A stretch of 64,000 bases of DNA from Hypanus sabinus (lineage: Eukaryota). Under the pieces are notes generated by a model that worked only from the letters and a program-made list of their open reading frames with translations, was not told the DNA's origin and searched no databases. Location of the stretch: positions 26,598,001 through 26,662,000 of the forward strand of contig NC_082710.1 of NCBI RefSeq assembly GCF_030144855.1, in the 5' to 3' direction. Below, one piece after another: positions 47,137-60,118 of this stretch (its first letter is position 1; the number at the start of each line of letters is the position of its first letter). The position numbers and the translations under genes are program-made.

Positions 47137-48900
47137 AAGCCCATTGGGGCTGCAATGGGTTAGCCACCCACGGCAGCGGACTCCTCTTGCTTAAGTAGCA
47201 TATAGGGAGTCAAACCCTGATGTCTACAAAAACTACGAAAAGAAAGATACCCACAGAGTCAGCAAGATGACTCAAGGATGGATATTCCGGTAACAAAACA
47301 CGATATGACTTTGACTATGAGAAACAACGGCAGTGTAGTACTTGAGTCAGTGACATCAGCTGGAAGGACAGTGCCGAGCTGCATCTGTGGCTGGTCTAAA
47401 GTAACATCAGCTAGGGACTTGGACACACCAGGACAGGATGAAGTGCCTCAAGGAGGAAGACTGGGACATTGCATTGATCAGAATTTCATGAGGGAAAGGA
47501 CGAGTACATCAAATGAAGTTCAGCAGTAGGATGCATCCCAAAGTCCTCAGAGCATCAGTAACTCAGGCCCAGTCTCAGAAGAGCACGTCAGCAAAGAAGC
47601 TCTGGAGTTGCCTGTCACGGGGTTGACTAAAGAGTTCAAGTGTGCTAAGGTGAGGCTTGAGATGACTTCCTGGGAATTTTGCGACAGTGTTGTCCAGGAT
47701 ACTGCACTCAGGACTTTTAACAGGGAGAAAGTGGTGCCTAGCAGAGTCAGTAAAACAGGAGAAAGTAGCATTCAAGTTTGCAGACATAGTGGGCCAGGTG
47801 CAGTCTGGAAGAGAGGACCTTGGCACTGGCTCAAATAGGCTCACTTGGCAAAAGGCGACAACACAAAAGCAAAGGCAACCTATGGTGGTAGAGGAAGTAC
47901 AATGACAGGAGGAGCAGATGAGGTGTGCAAGAGCAGTGTCTCAGACAAAACTGGGTCAGTGGACAAGGTGGGAAAACATCGAGAAAAAAATAGATGGAAA
48001 GACTTATGGGGAAAGGAAAGAAGGAAGATTAGATTCCTTATAAGAGCTGTTTATGATGTTCTCCCAACTCCCAAAAACCTGAACCAGTGGCTCGGTGAAG
48101 ACCTAGCTTGTCCACTCTGTGGGAGAACAGTAAACCGCAAGCACATCCTCTCATCTTGCAAAGTAAGACTCACTCAAGAAATATACACATGGAGGCACAA
48201 CCAGGTCCTTAGATGTTTGGCATCCATTGTGGAGAATCAAAGGCTGAACAACAATCCTAAACCCCATATGACTGGAAGAACCACCATCCCCTTTGTCCGG
48301 CAAGGACAGACAGCGCCACCCTCGGTGACACAGTTGGTGTCAGGCATACTGGAGCCTGCTCGTGTCTGGAACATGGCTGTCAATCTTGACAAAAGGCTAA
48401 TATTTGCCCCGGAGATAGCCACTACCACCCTTAGACCAGACTAGGTCTTGTGCTCCAGCACTCTGAAGGCTGTAGGAATCTCAGTGCCCTGGGAAGATGC
48501 AGTCTGTGAGGTGTATGAGCAGGAACGTGTAAGATACGCTGAGCTGGCCGTAGCTGCTAAGCAGCATGGTTGGAAGGTGCAGATTTTCTCAGTAGAGGTT
48601 GGCCACAGAGGATTTGTGGCTACTTCTGTAGTCAGACTGCTGAAGGGATTGGGAGCCAGAGACCAGGCCTCTCGGAGGTAGCCCAGCAGAGCAGCCATTG
48701 GTTATGGATGAATAGGGGTGACAGCAGCTGGGCTCTAAGATGACTCGTGGGTGGCCAGATGTAAACGGGGGTACACCTAGGACACCGAGTCGCACTGTTG
48801 AGCCCTTTGTCATGGGTTTAAATTGGCAAAACACCTAAGAAGGGGGGTGCCCACCTGATCATCCCTGGAAAGCATCAGCCACCCATCAAGCCCCACCTCA
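47137..48900 (+). mobile_element. HERO-like (R2 superfamily, REL endonuclease) non-LTR element with RT deleted
   Basis: N-terminal CICGWSKVTS finger; FLIRAVYDVLPTPKNL, CPLC..HILSSC, YTWRHNQVL, TTLRPD, SVPWED, VEVGHRGF; no RT motifs. Confidence 0.85.
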
Positions 48901-48935
48901 GGGTCTCTATGCTATGACCTGAGTTAGGATCTGAG

Positions 48936-49720
48936 TAAACATTCATAGAGGGCTTTATCGCTATAATAAGCTTATTTTTGGAGTAGCATCCACACCTGAA
49001 CTCTGGCAGAAAGCTATGGACCAGGTGGTGCAAGGCTGCCCAGACACTCTGTTAGTTGGATGAATCATTGTAACTGGCAAAGATAACAAGGAACTTCTCC
49101 AAAATCTTATGACAGTGATAAAAAGATTAGAAGATTATAGGCTGAGAGTATGATATGTTAAGTGTGAATTCTTTAATCCTAGCATTACTTACTGTGATCA
49201 CACCATTGACACACAAGCATTAGAGAAAAGTGCTGAGAAAATTCAAGCAGTGGTAGATGCCCCAAGGCCAAAGGATCCGTCACAGCTGTGCTCCTTTTTA
49301 GGATTCATCAATTACTATACCAGGTTCCTGGCAAGCCAGACAAATGCTCCACCCCTTAAACTCATTACTGCAGAATGGAAAGAAATGGCAATGGAGGTGG
49401 CTTTCCAAAAATGAAGGAAATGGTGACATCCAACACTGTACTCACACGTTGTCCAATGACGCTTGCCAGTGATGCCTCACTTATGGTATAGATGCAGTCA
49501 TGTCACATGGTATGACTGTTGGAACCGAACACCCTTTGCATTACTTTCCCTTACCGCTTCAGAGAAAAATTATGCACAGGTTTACAGAAGCCTTTAGTCT
49601 GATTCGGAGTGTAAAAATCAGTACTTGTATGGGAGAGGATTTACCCTCATTACTGATCTCAGCCACTAGTGTCCATTTAGAAGAGTGTTCTACTGACAGA
49701 GGCATAACACAACAGTAAAA
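48936..49720 (+). mobile_element. Decayed Gypsy RT/RNase H remnant
   Basis: HRGLYRYNKLIFGVASTPELWQKAMDQV; SFLGFINYYTRFL; LASDAS. Confidence 0.85.
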
Positions 49721-50577
49721 ACCTCCAATAGAATGATTGGTAATTCCAATCTAAGTAATAAGTTAAGCTTTGGGGAATTTCAAACCTTGTCAACATTGCA
49801 CAGATGTCAGAAGTGCATGTCTGTTCTTTTAAGAACCTGTAAAAGGAAATTAAGCATCTGAAGATTGATGGGCTGGCTGCTGACAAAAGCAGTATAATTT
49901 TCCCAACATGTGCAGGAAATATTTCAGTGCCTCATGGCGGCTGAATGATATCACTCAGCGCCTTGAAAAGAGAAAAATAAAATGCACAAAACTAAATGAA
50001 GTGTTGACCTTCTGGAGATTATCCTGTTTTTGTCAATCAAATTACAAATAATGATTACATTTAAGCAAGTAAGGGACTGTTTACCATTCGCTGCACCCCA
50101 GAGAGAGTTTCAAATCAAGTGATTGCATATCACAGTTGATCAAACAACTTCATCAACCAAAATATTTGTTTGTATAGACAAAATTCGAAGCGGCATTTGG
50201 AAATTTTTGGTGCTATAGTCAACCAAAGAAAAAATAAAGAAAATAATTTAATGAGTGATTGTGTGTCTTTCTTAGCACGACCACCCCAAACAAAAAAAGA
50301 CCATGGCATACTCCAGTACATGATTTTCTTCCAATGACTTGGATGAAAATGAAAATCAAAGTTTATTCCTCTGAGAGGTAGAACGTATGATTCATGCGGT
50401 GAATTTCTTCCTCAACTCGATCTCATTCCTGATGCTGACATAAGGTTCAGAAACAGTTATTACCCTTCTACCATCAGACTCCTGAACCAGTGTGGATAAC
50501 TTCGCTTGCCTCATCACTGAACTGGTCACTAAACACAACCTATGGACTCACTTTCAGGTAGTCTACAACTCATGTTC

Positions 50578-50835
50578 NNNNNNNNNNNNNNNNNNNNNNN
50601 NNNNNNNNNNNNNNNNNNNNNNNNNNNNNNNNNNNNNNNNNNNNNNNNNNNNNNNNNNNNNNNNNNNNNNNNNNNNNNNNNNNNNNNNNNNNNNNNNNNN
50701 NNNNNNNNNNNNNNNNNNNNNNNNNNNNNNNNNNNNNNNNNNNNNNNNNNNNNNNNNNNNNNNNNNNNNNNNNNNNNNNNNNNNNNNNNNNNNNNNNNNN
50801 NNNNNNNNNNNNNNNNNNNNNNNNNNNNNNNNNNN
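50578..50835. other. Assembly gap (258 N) within a Rex-type 3' UTR
   Basis: Run of N; both flanks resemble the Rex 3' UTR seen at 24060-24220 and 34080-34190. Confidence 0.98.
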
Positions 50836-51754
50836 AGCTTGTCATTTTTTGCACATTGATTGTTTGTCAGCTTTCATTGATCTATTGTACTTCTTTGTTC
50901 TCTTATAAGGAAATTAATCTCAGAGTAGCTTATGGTGTCGTATACCTACTTTGATAATAAATTTACTTTGGACTGAGCAGGGACAGTGTCTTCTTAGTTT
51001 AAGTATTGCTGCATTGGGTTATGGTGCTCACATTGTTCAAATGCGTCTACAATGAGCTGCTCATCATTCACCAAAATCTGAGTGCTTTGACATGAAAGTT
51101 TGTAAATATTTTCACAATTACACTATTTATACTGAAGTAAAAGATTTCTAATCATGTGTTCAATGTTGCTTGATAGACAGTACATAGTTCTTATCTCTTG
51201 AACCAACACCAGAGTTTACTAATTTTTGAAAACCTGAAGTCCCATTTTCTATGAAATGTGCCCCGCATTACTGAAATCCATCTTCACCAATTCTTGTACT
51301 AAACTTTGGTTTGTCTTTGCTAATAAACAAATTAAAAACAATGCTTGAAAAGTGGCGACAGATTATTGACGATAATACGATTATCAATGACCCCTCAGGA
51401 AAATCAAGAAGGTCCATGAAAGACTTACTCTTGCAAATAAACCCTTGTAGTGTTCAGTTGAGAATGGGGAAATTATTGCAGAGGAATTCTGCAATGCGTG
51501 ACACTTTTCACAACAGAATGGAGTTGTCAAAATCTGTGGAAAATAGTCTTTGACTGCATTGGACAGGTTGAGGAAGCGTGGTCTGATTAAGGAACATGCC
51601 AATGTGGAATGACATTCAAAGTAGATGTCATTTGCCACAGTAAACTGAATAGATGAGTGTTTTTTTTAAACGCATGTGCATGTGTAAAGCCAATAACTTT
51701 CTGACTGATATCTGATTTGAATGCATAAAGCATTGGTTTCTAAAATGTGGTCTG

Positions 51755-53012
51755 TACATACTGGCTGTGTGGTGAAAAAGACACAACAGTGCTTCTTCCA
51801 CCTCAGATGGTTGAAGAATCCTAATAAATTTCTACATGTAACTCCCTGGGTCGCTTCAGGCTCACTCAGCTCGTTCTTGTCTAGGGGGAGCAGCCTTTGG
51901 CCCCGTCAAACTGGGTAATCAGCTGGTGTGGATGCTGTGTGATGTCCCCGCCTCGCCCAAAACCAGACAGTACACCATATGCGATTAAATGAGTACAATT
52001 TATAAAGGTTACTATAACTAAATGATTAATAACGATACAGTATATATGAAGAGAAAATTAAAGAAAAGGCGCCAAACTTATCAAAGTCCAAACCACTTCG
52101 TGCACAGCCGTTGGAGCTCAATTACTGAAGTCTTCTGGCCACCATTCGCTCCCCTCCGAACTCCTCGACTCGCAGCTCAGGACCCTCCGAACTCCTTGAC
52201 TCTCCAAACAGCTCAGGACCCTCCGAGTGGTCAACCAAGCACATCTAGCTTCATCCTCCCCCCCCTCCTCGGAGAATCTCCCGGCCTCGGACCCCCCTTT
52301 GGGGTCCGATCCTCGCCCAGCTTAGAGCATTGCGTCCTCTCTCTTGACCCCCTCGCGCCGATCTGCCCAAAAGCCCGTCAACAAAAGCTTACAGACTCAG
52401 AAGAAAGAACATTAATCCCCATTTGGTTTACAAAGGAATACCATTCTCGTTATCAGTAAATTAGCATTCCTGCTAGTTAACAAAAGGAAACCCTTTCCCA
52501 ACAGTAACAAAGAGAAAAAAAGAAACCCCCTTTACATACAGGGGCACAACTGAGAGCTCCTGACTGGCTACATCACTGCCTGCTAAGGGAACTGTACTTC
52601 CCTAAATCGTAGGACCCTAAGGTAGTGCAAAGGGTAGTGCAGACAGCCCAGTGCATCTGTAAATGTGAACTTCCCACTGTTCAAGACATTTACAAAGACA
52701 GGTGTAAAAAGACCCCGAAGGATCATTGGGGACCCGAGTCACCCCAAACACAAACCGTTCCAGCTGATACCATCCGGGAAACGATACTTCAGCATAAGAA
52801 CCAGGACCAACAGACTCTGGGCCAGCTTTTTCCACCAGGTCATCAAACTGATTAATTCATGCTGACACAACTATATTTCTGTTATATCATTGTACATACT
52901 GTTTTTTATAAATTACTGTAAATTGCACGTTGCACGTGTAGACAGCAATGTAACACAAAGATTTTTGCTCCTCATGTATATGAAGGACGTAAGTAATAAA
53001 TTCAATTCAATT
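51755..53012 (+). mobile_element. Rex1/Babar 3' fragment interrupted by a solo LTR
   Basis: VVKKTQQCFFHLRWLK before the LTR; QRVVQTAQCICKCELP and NRLWASFFHQVIKL after it. Confidence 0.87.
51837..52536 (-). mobile_element. Solo LTR, 700 bp, same family as 12644-13356
   Basis: TGTAA...TTACA ends; TSD TACA (51833-51836, 52537-52540). Confidence 0.92.
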
Positions 53013-55209
53013 ATGTTTTTCCAAGAGTTAAGCAGAATTGCAGAAAAGTGGTTGTACCCATCTGGCATGATCTCCATTAACTAGATCATTTGAAAAATGC
53101 ACACCGTCGGACCACCTGAAACGGCATAATTCATGCTTTTACAATGAAGGCAATTCTCTTGTGTGTAGGTAAATTTCAACCCTGACTGCACAGCCTTCTC
53201 TGAAAAATTTTTGAAAGGCAAGTGGACCAATGAAAGATTGCTTCCAAAGGAATAAAGAAACAAAGACGAGAAAACAACCCACAGATTACATTCTACTGAA
53301 CATCAAGGAGAAAGTAAGCCCAAATGAAGGAGAATAGCTGGCTAATTGTAATTATTGCCACACAGAGTTGCAAGTTTGGGTATTTGGTCATGTTTTTCTT
53401 CCAAATTTTCAAATGTCAATGACCTGTGCTAAGTCGATGGAAAGTCGATCATTGTATCAAGAATGACCTAGCACATAGAGTCAGATATATCAGTATACGA
53501 CACACATGTTATGTCAGTGTGTATACTGGACTCATGTATACTGTAGGGATGGAGTGCATGTGATATGCAGAAATAGACATTGTTTGCAGTCTTCAATAAA
53601 AAGAATTAACCCAGGTTTCGAATCATCTGGTGTTTGCTGGAATTCATTTAACATAGTTCATACCCTCTTGTCAACAATTGCAATGTCCTACAGCTGACAA
53701 AAAGATAGCCATGACAAAATGTTAAAAAAAATGCATGTATTGGGACCGATGGGTTAGGAAAGGCACATTGTGGAATGTGCCTTTCATGATTGAAAACATT
53801 GAACACAGTAGCTGAAAACTGCTTTTAGTAAAGGTAAAATAGCTGGGGCATTGAAACTTCTTGCACAGTGAGTTATTAAACTTGCATCCAACACTCATTC
53901 CGTGGCAATTTTAAATGGTAGTGGTCATTAGATATACTGTGTGAGCCAAGGTTATGGAGGTTAAGTAATTGGAAAAAGCATAGGAGGATTGAATGTGATG
54001 CGGAGAAGTTACAGGTTTAACAACATCCCTATTTAACTAACTTAAGTAAAGTCTAAGGGAGGGAGCCTACAATCAAGCATAGAAAATGTTCCTCAGCATG
54101 CATGGAGAGAACTGGACTGTTCTTCATTGCGAATAATAGGGGTAGTAGGGGACGGACTGAAAATGCACATGCAGAGATAACTGTTCTAAGAGATAATGAA
54201 TATTCTGTAGATGAAGGTTGTCTTCAAAAATTTTCATGCACTTACTAATCTGCTAGCTCAAGATTAGGCGAAAGAAGTTTCATTCACCTAAATAGCGCAG
54301 AACTTGAAGTGTTCTTTCAAACTGCAGCCAACTAAAATTGCAGAAAATTACAAGTTTGGAAAAAGGAATCGAAGAACAAGAGAAACAGTCAGCAAATACC
54401 ATGTTACACTAGAGGATGTACCAGACATTGTGTCTTCAACAAATACATAAACTACAGGCTCTGTGTGGATAGATGCATGCAGCATAAAAGATGAGCATCT
54501 TGAATCCACATCGTTAAGCTCACAGACTCTTGTGCTTGCAGAATTGGAAACTCAATAAAATGACATTGTAAAAGGTCAGGGAATTTCATTTGAGAGTACA
54601 TTTTAAGCAACCAGAAACAGACCAGAACTGAAAAGGCAGGTAAACTGCCGATTGATACCAAGTGGTGTGGAACTCTGCAAATAGCGGTCATAACTATGAC
54701 TGTAATATATGGGCAAAAATCAGCAGCGGAATCTTGATTCCCAAGTTGGCATTAATCGAGCACAGACAATAAACATTTGCTACAGATGCAATGGCAATCA
54801 TTCACCACGTTGCAAAGAGTTCTTTATGTCAGAGGAAAAAAGATATTAACATCAAATGAGTCCAGATCAAAAATAACTAAGCAGGGCAGTACCTGCATTG
54901 TGACCTCTTCACAAATAGACATCTGTCAGGTAGTTATAAAGGCTTCTCTGAAGGTACAAGTTCAATTAATATACATTTTGTACAATAATGGATCAACATA
55001 ACAAGGTGTCATAGAAATATAAAGATTAGAGAGAAAATTTTAGTGGTAATAGTGCATTTTGGCACAATTTCATACTATTATGCAAAATCTTTAAGGATAT
55101 TTGGTTGCAACAAGGAAACATATCAAATTCCTATCAAATCAACATGATGTAAATCACAACCAAAGTTTGAGTTGTTAAAATCTCAGCTGGAATGAGGAAT
55201 AGACAATCT

Positions 55210-55410
55210 TTCTTTCTTTTTCCAATATTTTTATTAAATTTCATATACACAAATACAGAATTCATAAGGATACTTATTATAAATCAAAATGACAGCACAA
55301 AATGCACTATATGTAAATCACACTGATACAATCACTGTATCCCATATACATGATCAATAAAATAAAATAAATTGAATTATGAAATACGATAATATGGTTA
55401 ATTATGTTAA
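55210..55410 (-). mobile_element. Short poly(A) retroposon 3' end, probably L1/Tx1-type
   Basis: 13-bp TSD GAATAGACAATCT (55197-55209, 55411-55423); AATAAA and A-rich tail on the minus strand. Confidence 0.75.
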
Positions 55411-56589
55411 GAATAGACAATCTAAAGAAGAATGGAAACCTGGTAAACACAACTCAAAAGTAAATAGGAAATGCTGCAGGTTGACAAGTGAGTATGTACC
55501 CAAGCAGGTGGTCATTGACAATCACTACCTATTATAGACAAATTCAGAGCATCCATACTAACTAACATATCTTCCTGAGCTAGCCCCATTTGCTTGCATC
55601 TGGATAAACCCCCCTTAAACTTTATCTGTGTATTTACCCAAATAGCTTTTAAACATTGTACCTGCTTCTACCACTGCTGGCAGATTGCTCAACAAAAGTG
55701 TGAAAAAAACCTACCCCCGATGTTTTTCCACTTCCACTTTAGCCTCTTGCCATTTTGTTTTAGACGCTCTAACCCTGGGGAATAGATTATGATAAAGATT
55801 AGGGCAGCACTTGGGAGCTGCTCGGCACAACCTTGATGATGACAACAATGTGATGCCAATGCCACATTTCACTGTAGGTTTCATTGTACACGTGACTGGT
55901 AAAGCTAATCTTTAATTTTTAACCCTTTTCTATGCCCCTCAATTTTATAAGGCTATCCAAGATCATCCATTGGTGTTCTTTACTCCTGGAAAAACAGACT
56001 CAGCCTATCCAGTCTAACCATATCCATTCTTCTATCCAATCTAACCATCTCATTGTATAACTTATTTTACATTCAGCTCTACATTCTAGCATAGGATGCA
56101 CCCCAGCAGAGCTGCTGAGGTGTCAAAGCCTTTGAATACTGTACACTGGAGATTACTGAAGAACAATTTGAAAGAGCGTGTGGTGGGACAGCAACTGAAG
56201 CAAAAACAGGATCGTGATTTGGAACATAGCGATTTATTGAGAAGATACAAAGGAACTATTTAAACAACATGAACAAAAAAGCAAAAGGGCTGACAAACAA
56301 ATGCAATTCAAGAAATGGAAGACTATAAAAGGTTTAGACATTGTTATAGCCTATAATCTACAGACATTAGAAGTTCGTAGCACTGAGCAATGCCTTGCTT
56401 GAATTAGCAAACAGATCAGAAGTGTCTACATTACTCCAATTATTGCAGTAAGAGAAACAAATATGCAACTGACAAGGCCACAAGAGATTCTGCAGAAGCT
56501 AGAAATCTTGAGCAACACAATATGTTGAGCAACATGCTAGTCTCTCCTGAAATACCATGGGCTCCTCTAATACATGTAAGGTTTGCTGA

Positions 56590-56830
56590 GTGGGTGGCAT
56601 AGTGTAGTGGTTAGTATAATTCTTTAGAGTGCCAGTGATTCAATTCCCACCACTGTCTGTAAAGTTGTTTAGGTTAGGGTTATTAAGTTATGGGCATGCT
56701 ATGCTGGCACACTACAGGCTGCCTGCAGCACATCCTCAGACTGTGTTGGCCATTTATGCCAATGATGCATTCCACTGTATAATTCAATATACTTGTGACA
56801 AATAAAGCTAATCTTTAAATCTATCTTTAG
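56590..56830 (+). mobile_element. tRNA-headed SINE with LINE-like tail
   Basis: A-box-like gtggcatagtgtagtgg, B-box-like ttcaattccc, tail aataaagctaatcttt; family also at 60118. Confidence 0.65.
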
Positions 56831-56959
56831 CCGCAACATGGTGACTCTAGTGGCATGCAGCCTATACTTCCAATAACAATTGGGTCAGCATGGTCTCCAT
56901 ACTTGTCCTTTCAACAGAGAAAAGATGGATGTTATCTTTCTGGTCTTTCTGTATTTATC

Positions 56960-57760
56960 GCCAAGTTTCAAAGATTCAAAGTATGTTTATTATCAGAATA
57001 TGTATGCAGTGTACATCTTTGAGATTCGTCATCCTGCAGGCAGCCACGAAACAAAGAAACACCATGGAACCCCTTCAAAGAAAACATCAAGCATACAACA
57101 GATGAAAAACGAACAAATCATACAAATGGCAAGAAGTGAGAGACTAACACGCAGGATATTAAATATCAAACCGCAGAGTCCTCAAAGTGGCCTAAGAGTT
57201 TTCACTTTAGAGCTGAGTCTTTCGTTGACTGCAGGTCACAGAGACAGTCCACGCAGAGGCGTTCCGATCAAATTGAGCAAAACCAGAAACCAGATACAAA
57301 TGTAACTCGAACTGCAGACTCTTCCAAAGGTGAGTCCACAGCCACGAGCTGGGCCGATCAAAGCTTACAGCGCGAGGAAGACTCCTGCACCTTTCTCCAG
57401 CTGCAGCGAGCGGGAGGGAAAAGGAGACAATGTCAAACACAGGCAGCCGGCATTGAACACCCACTCGACCTCTGCTCTCATCCTCACCAACTTCAATCTT
57501 GCTCAGCACCGTAATCAGTGAGAAGTAATGGAACCGATCCTGAGATCGCGCTCTGCTCTCAGCTCACTGAATTCCCCTGGAGAAAAGTCAAAGCACCTGA
57601 TTGCTCAGTCAGCCCAGACATACATCATCAAAATGTAAATTACAGATTTCAGTCACATGCTGTTTGGTAATAGAAGCCATCTTAAAGAAGGAGCAGTAGT
57701 AGTTTTGTGAACTGTCTGCAGGACATTGCCGTTGGTTGCATTGGTCACTGGTGCCATCTT
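56960..57760 (-). mobile_element. ORF-less Rex-related non-autonomous element
   Basis: 5' end AAGATGGCACC and a 3' tail resembling Rex tails in this window; non-coding middle. Confidence 0.5.
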
Positions 57761-57815
57761 ATCTATCCTAATGATTAATAATAGGCAGTACCGAATAAAA
57801 TGGCCACCAAGTATA

Positions 57816-58225
57816 TGTTATAGTAATGTATGAATAATGTGCTATATTGGAGTACCAGTGGGAGGTGCTGAGTAACCCACCGCTGGATGCCGTTTGGAGC
57901 TCAGTCATGCTAGGTTTCCAGAGTATTAAGCTGGCATGGGATGATCAGCTTGATCCCACACCAGCCGTGACATTTGTGGCATCAGAGTCCCTTCTTAGAT
58001 GAGAGCTGTTAAGAGGCAAGCACGCTCTGCCTGTCTGGAGTTTTCTATAGGAGAGTAGCAGACAACAACTTTTCTGTTGCAAACAGAAACTTTATTGTCA
58101 TTACTAATTTTATATTGTAATTCTTGTTTTTGTTTTGTTGTTTTATATTACTTAGTCCCATAGCGGGAATTAAAATCCTGTTTCCAAATTTTGATCCGGG
58201 CCTCTGAATTATTACTCTGGTAACA
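57816..58225 (+). mobile_element. Possible solo LTR
   Basis: TGTTA...TAACA ends, TATA-like gagtattaag, ATTAAA near 58169; no TSD seen. Confidence 0.35.
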
Positions 58226-58720
58226 TGGCTACTATGGTATCACTGTCCCTAATTGGCTTAATGGAATAACACAAAGAAAATTAATCTGCATGGGCTTTTG
58301 TAGAAAGAGGGTTTTGCAAAGATCCAGTGTCAAGAGTGGTGGGAAAGCAAGGGTGAAGATATTTGCACATGGGAGGCCTAAGATACAAAGCCCAGCATGC
58401 AGCAGAAAGTCACGTCCACCCAGAAAAAACGCCCCCAATGTTTCTGAGCCCAAATGAGTGCTGGTGTATATCAGTTCATTTAGCTTTCAATTCTTAAATG
58501 CATAAACTAAGCTGCAATAGATCAAAAGAAAAGCCATCATTTACCATGTAAACTCATTTGCCAAGAGCCAACTCAGAGCTCAGTTTGGTTAATCCCCCAT
58601 CCCTAATCCCTTTAGTTGAAAACTCTTCTACCTGCAGGCTTCTACTGACACAGTCAATGCGACTTTTTGGCACGTCCACTCAGGATGAAGAATTACTGAC
58701 ACATTAATAAAGTGGCTTAC

Positions 58721-58726
58721 CTTTGT
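58721..58726 (-). other. Candidate 6-nt microexon
   Basis: ccaatttcttcctatctctag|ACAAAG|gtaagc on the minus strand. Confidence 0.4.
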
Positions 58727-59254
58727 CTAGAGATAGGAAGAAATTGGCCAGAAAGCTTTACTGTCTCGAACCTCCCCAGCTGTTAGTGAAATAATACCCA
58801 ATTAATATAGTTTAATTACAAAATCTGTCCTCTGAAGGTTTAAAATAGCTGAAATAGGACTTTACTTCCACAGTCAACCATCGTCAATGAAAAATGGGCA
58901 TAACAAAAAAAGATCTGTATAGTAAATAGCCATTCATTGAAGAATTAATAAACAAGAAACATATGAAAGAAAGATGGAAGTAATAAATGATGTCAAATAA
59001 CTCCCAGTGAGATTTTGATTTTTAATAAGTATCAGATTGTCATGCAATCTAAACTAGAGCTTTTAATCCCCAACTCTCTAGTCAGGGGAATAATCTTTGC
59101 TTCAAAGATCTAAAATCAAATTTAAAATAATCTCCCAGGAAACTACATTCACAATGGGCCAGATACCAATCTTTCATTCTCTGGTTTATATTTTCAAATT
59201 TAAGCTCATATTACGAAATGCAAGGTGCTAGCATGAAATGAGTTCACACAGTCC

Positions 59255-60118
59255 TTACGTAGCTTTTTCCCTCCTATACGTAGATTGACATCATAATACT
59301 GTCTTGTTCCCTTATTTTACAGCTCACTCGTATCAACAGGTTTAACTTATAACAGGCACATCACCCACACTTACTAACATCACTAAAACACTTCTGTCCC
59401 TATTGTAGACCAAAGTGGTGGATAATCCCCAACACTCTCAGCTAATCAGAAGAGGCTACACACTCACAGACACCTCATTGATTTGTAGGGTCTGAGCCAG
59501 TGATAATTTGGGGATCCCAGACAAAGACCATGGGAAAATGATGGAACTGAGACCATGGAATGTGATGGGAGTTTCTTTCCTTGTTCTGCAACCTCTTTGG
59601 ATTTGAAAGAGAAAGATTAGAAAGATTAGCTTTATTGTACATTGAAACATAGAAACATACAATGAAATGTGTCATTTGCATCAATGACCAACTGACAGCA
59701 GCCCACACATAGCCGTGCTTCTGGCACCAACATTGCACGTCCTCGACAAGATTTTCAACCTCCCTTCTATATGCAGATTGGCAACATAATAGTGTCTTGC
59801 ATCCTCAGTTTGCAACTCGCTCACACAAGCAGCTTTAACTTATAACAGGCACATCACTCACACTTAGTAACATCACTAAAACACTGTTTACCCTCTAAAA
59901 GACAAAAGTGGTGGATAATCTCAAACAGCCCCAGGTAATCAGAAGAGGCTGCACACTCACAATGGCTGAATGATGTGGAAGGATCTGTGCCATCGATAAT
60001 TTGAGGATCCTAAACCAAGACCTTGGGAAAATGGTGGAACTGAGACCATGGAATGTGTTGGGAGTTTCTGACTCTGATCCCACCTTGCACAAGTTTTCCT
60101 CCCTCATTCTGCAGATGA
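59255..60118. repeat. Diverged local tandem duplication (about 340-bp unit, two copies plus the start of a third)
   Basis: tttaacttataacaggcacatcac...ggaactgagaccatggaatgtg occurs at about 59341-59570 and 59835-60065. Confidence 0.9.

Noticed and set aside
50492-50908. ORFs spanning the N run
   Set aside because: Artefacts of the assembly gap
12644-52536. One 40-kb LTR element bounded by the two related LTRs
   Set aside because: Each LTR has its own 4-bp TSD and its own interrupted host LINE, so they are independent solo LTRs
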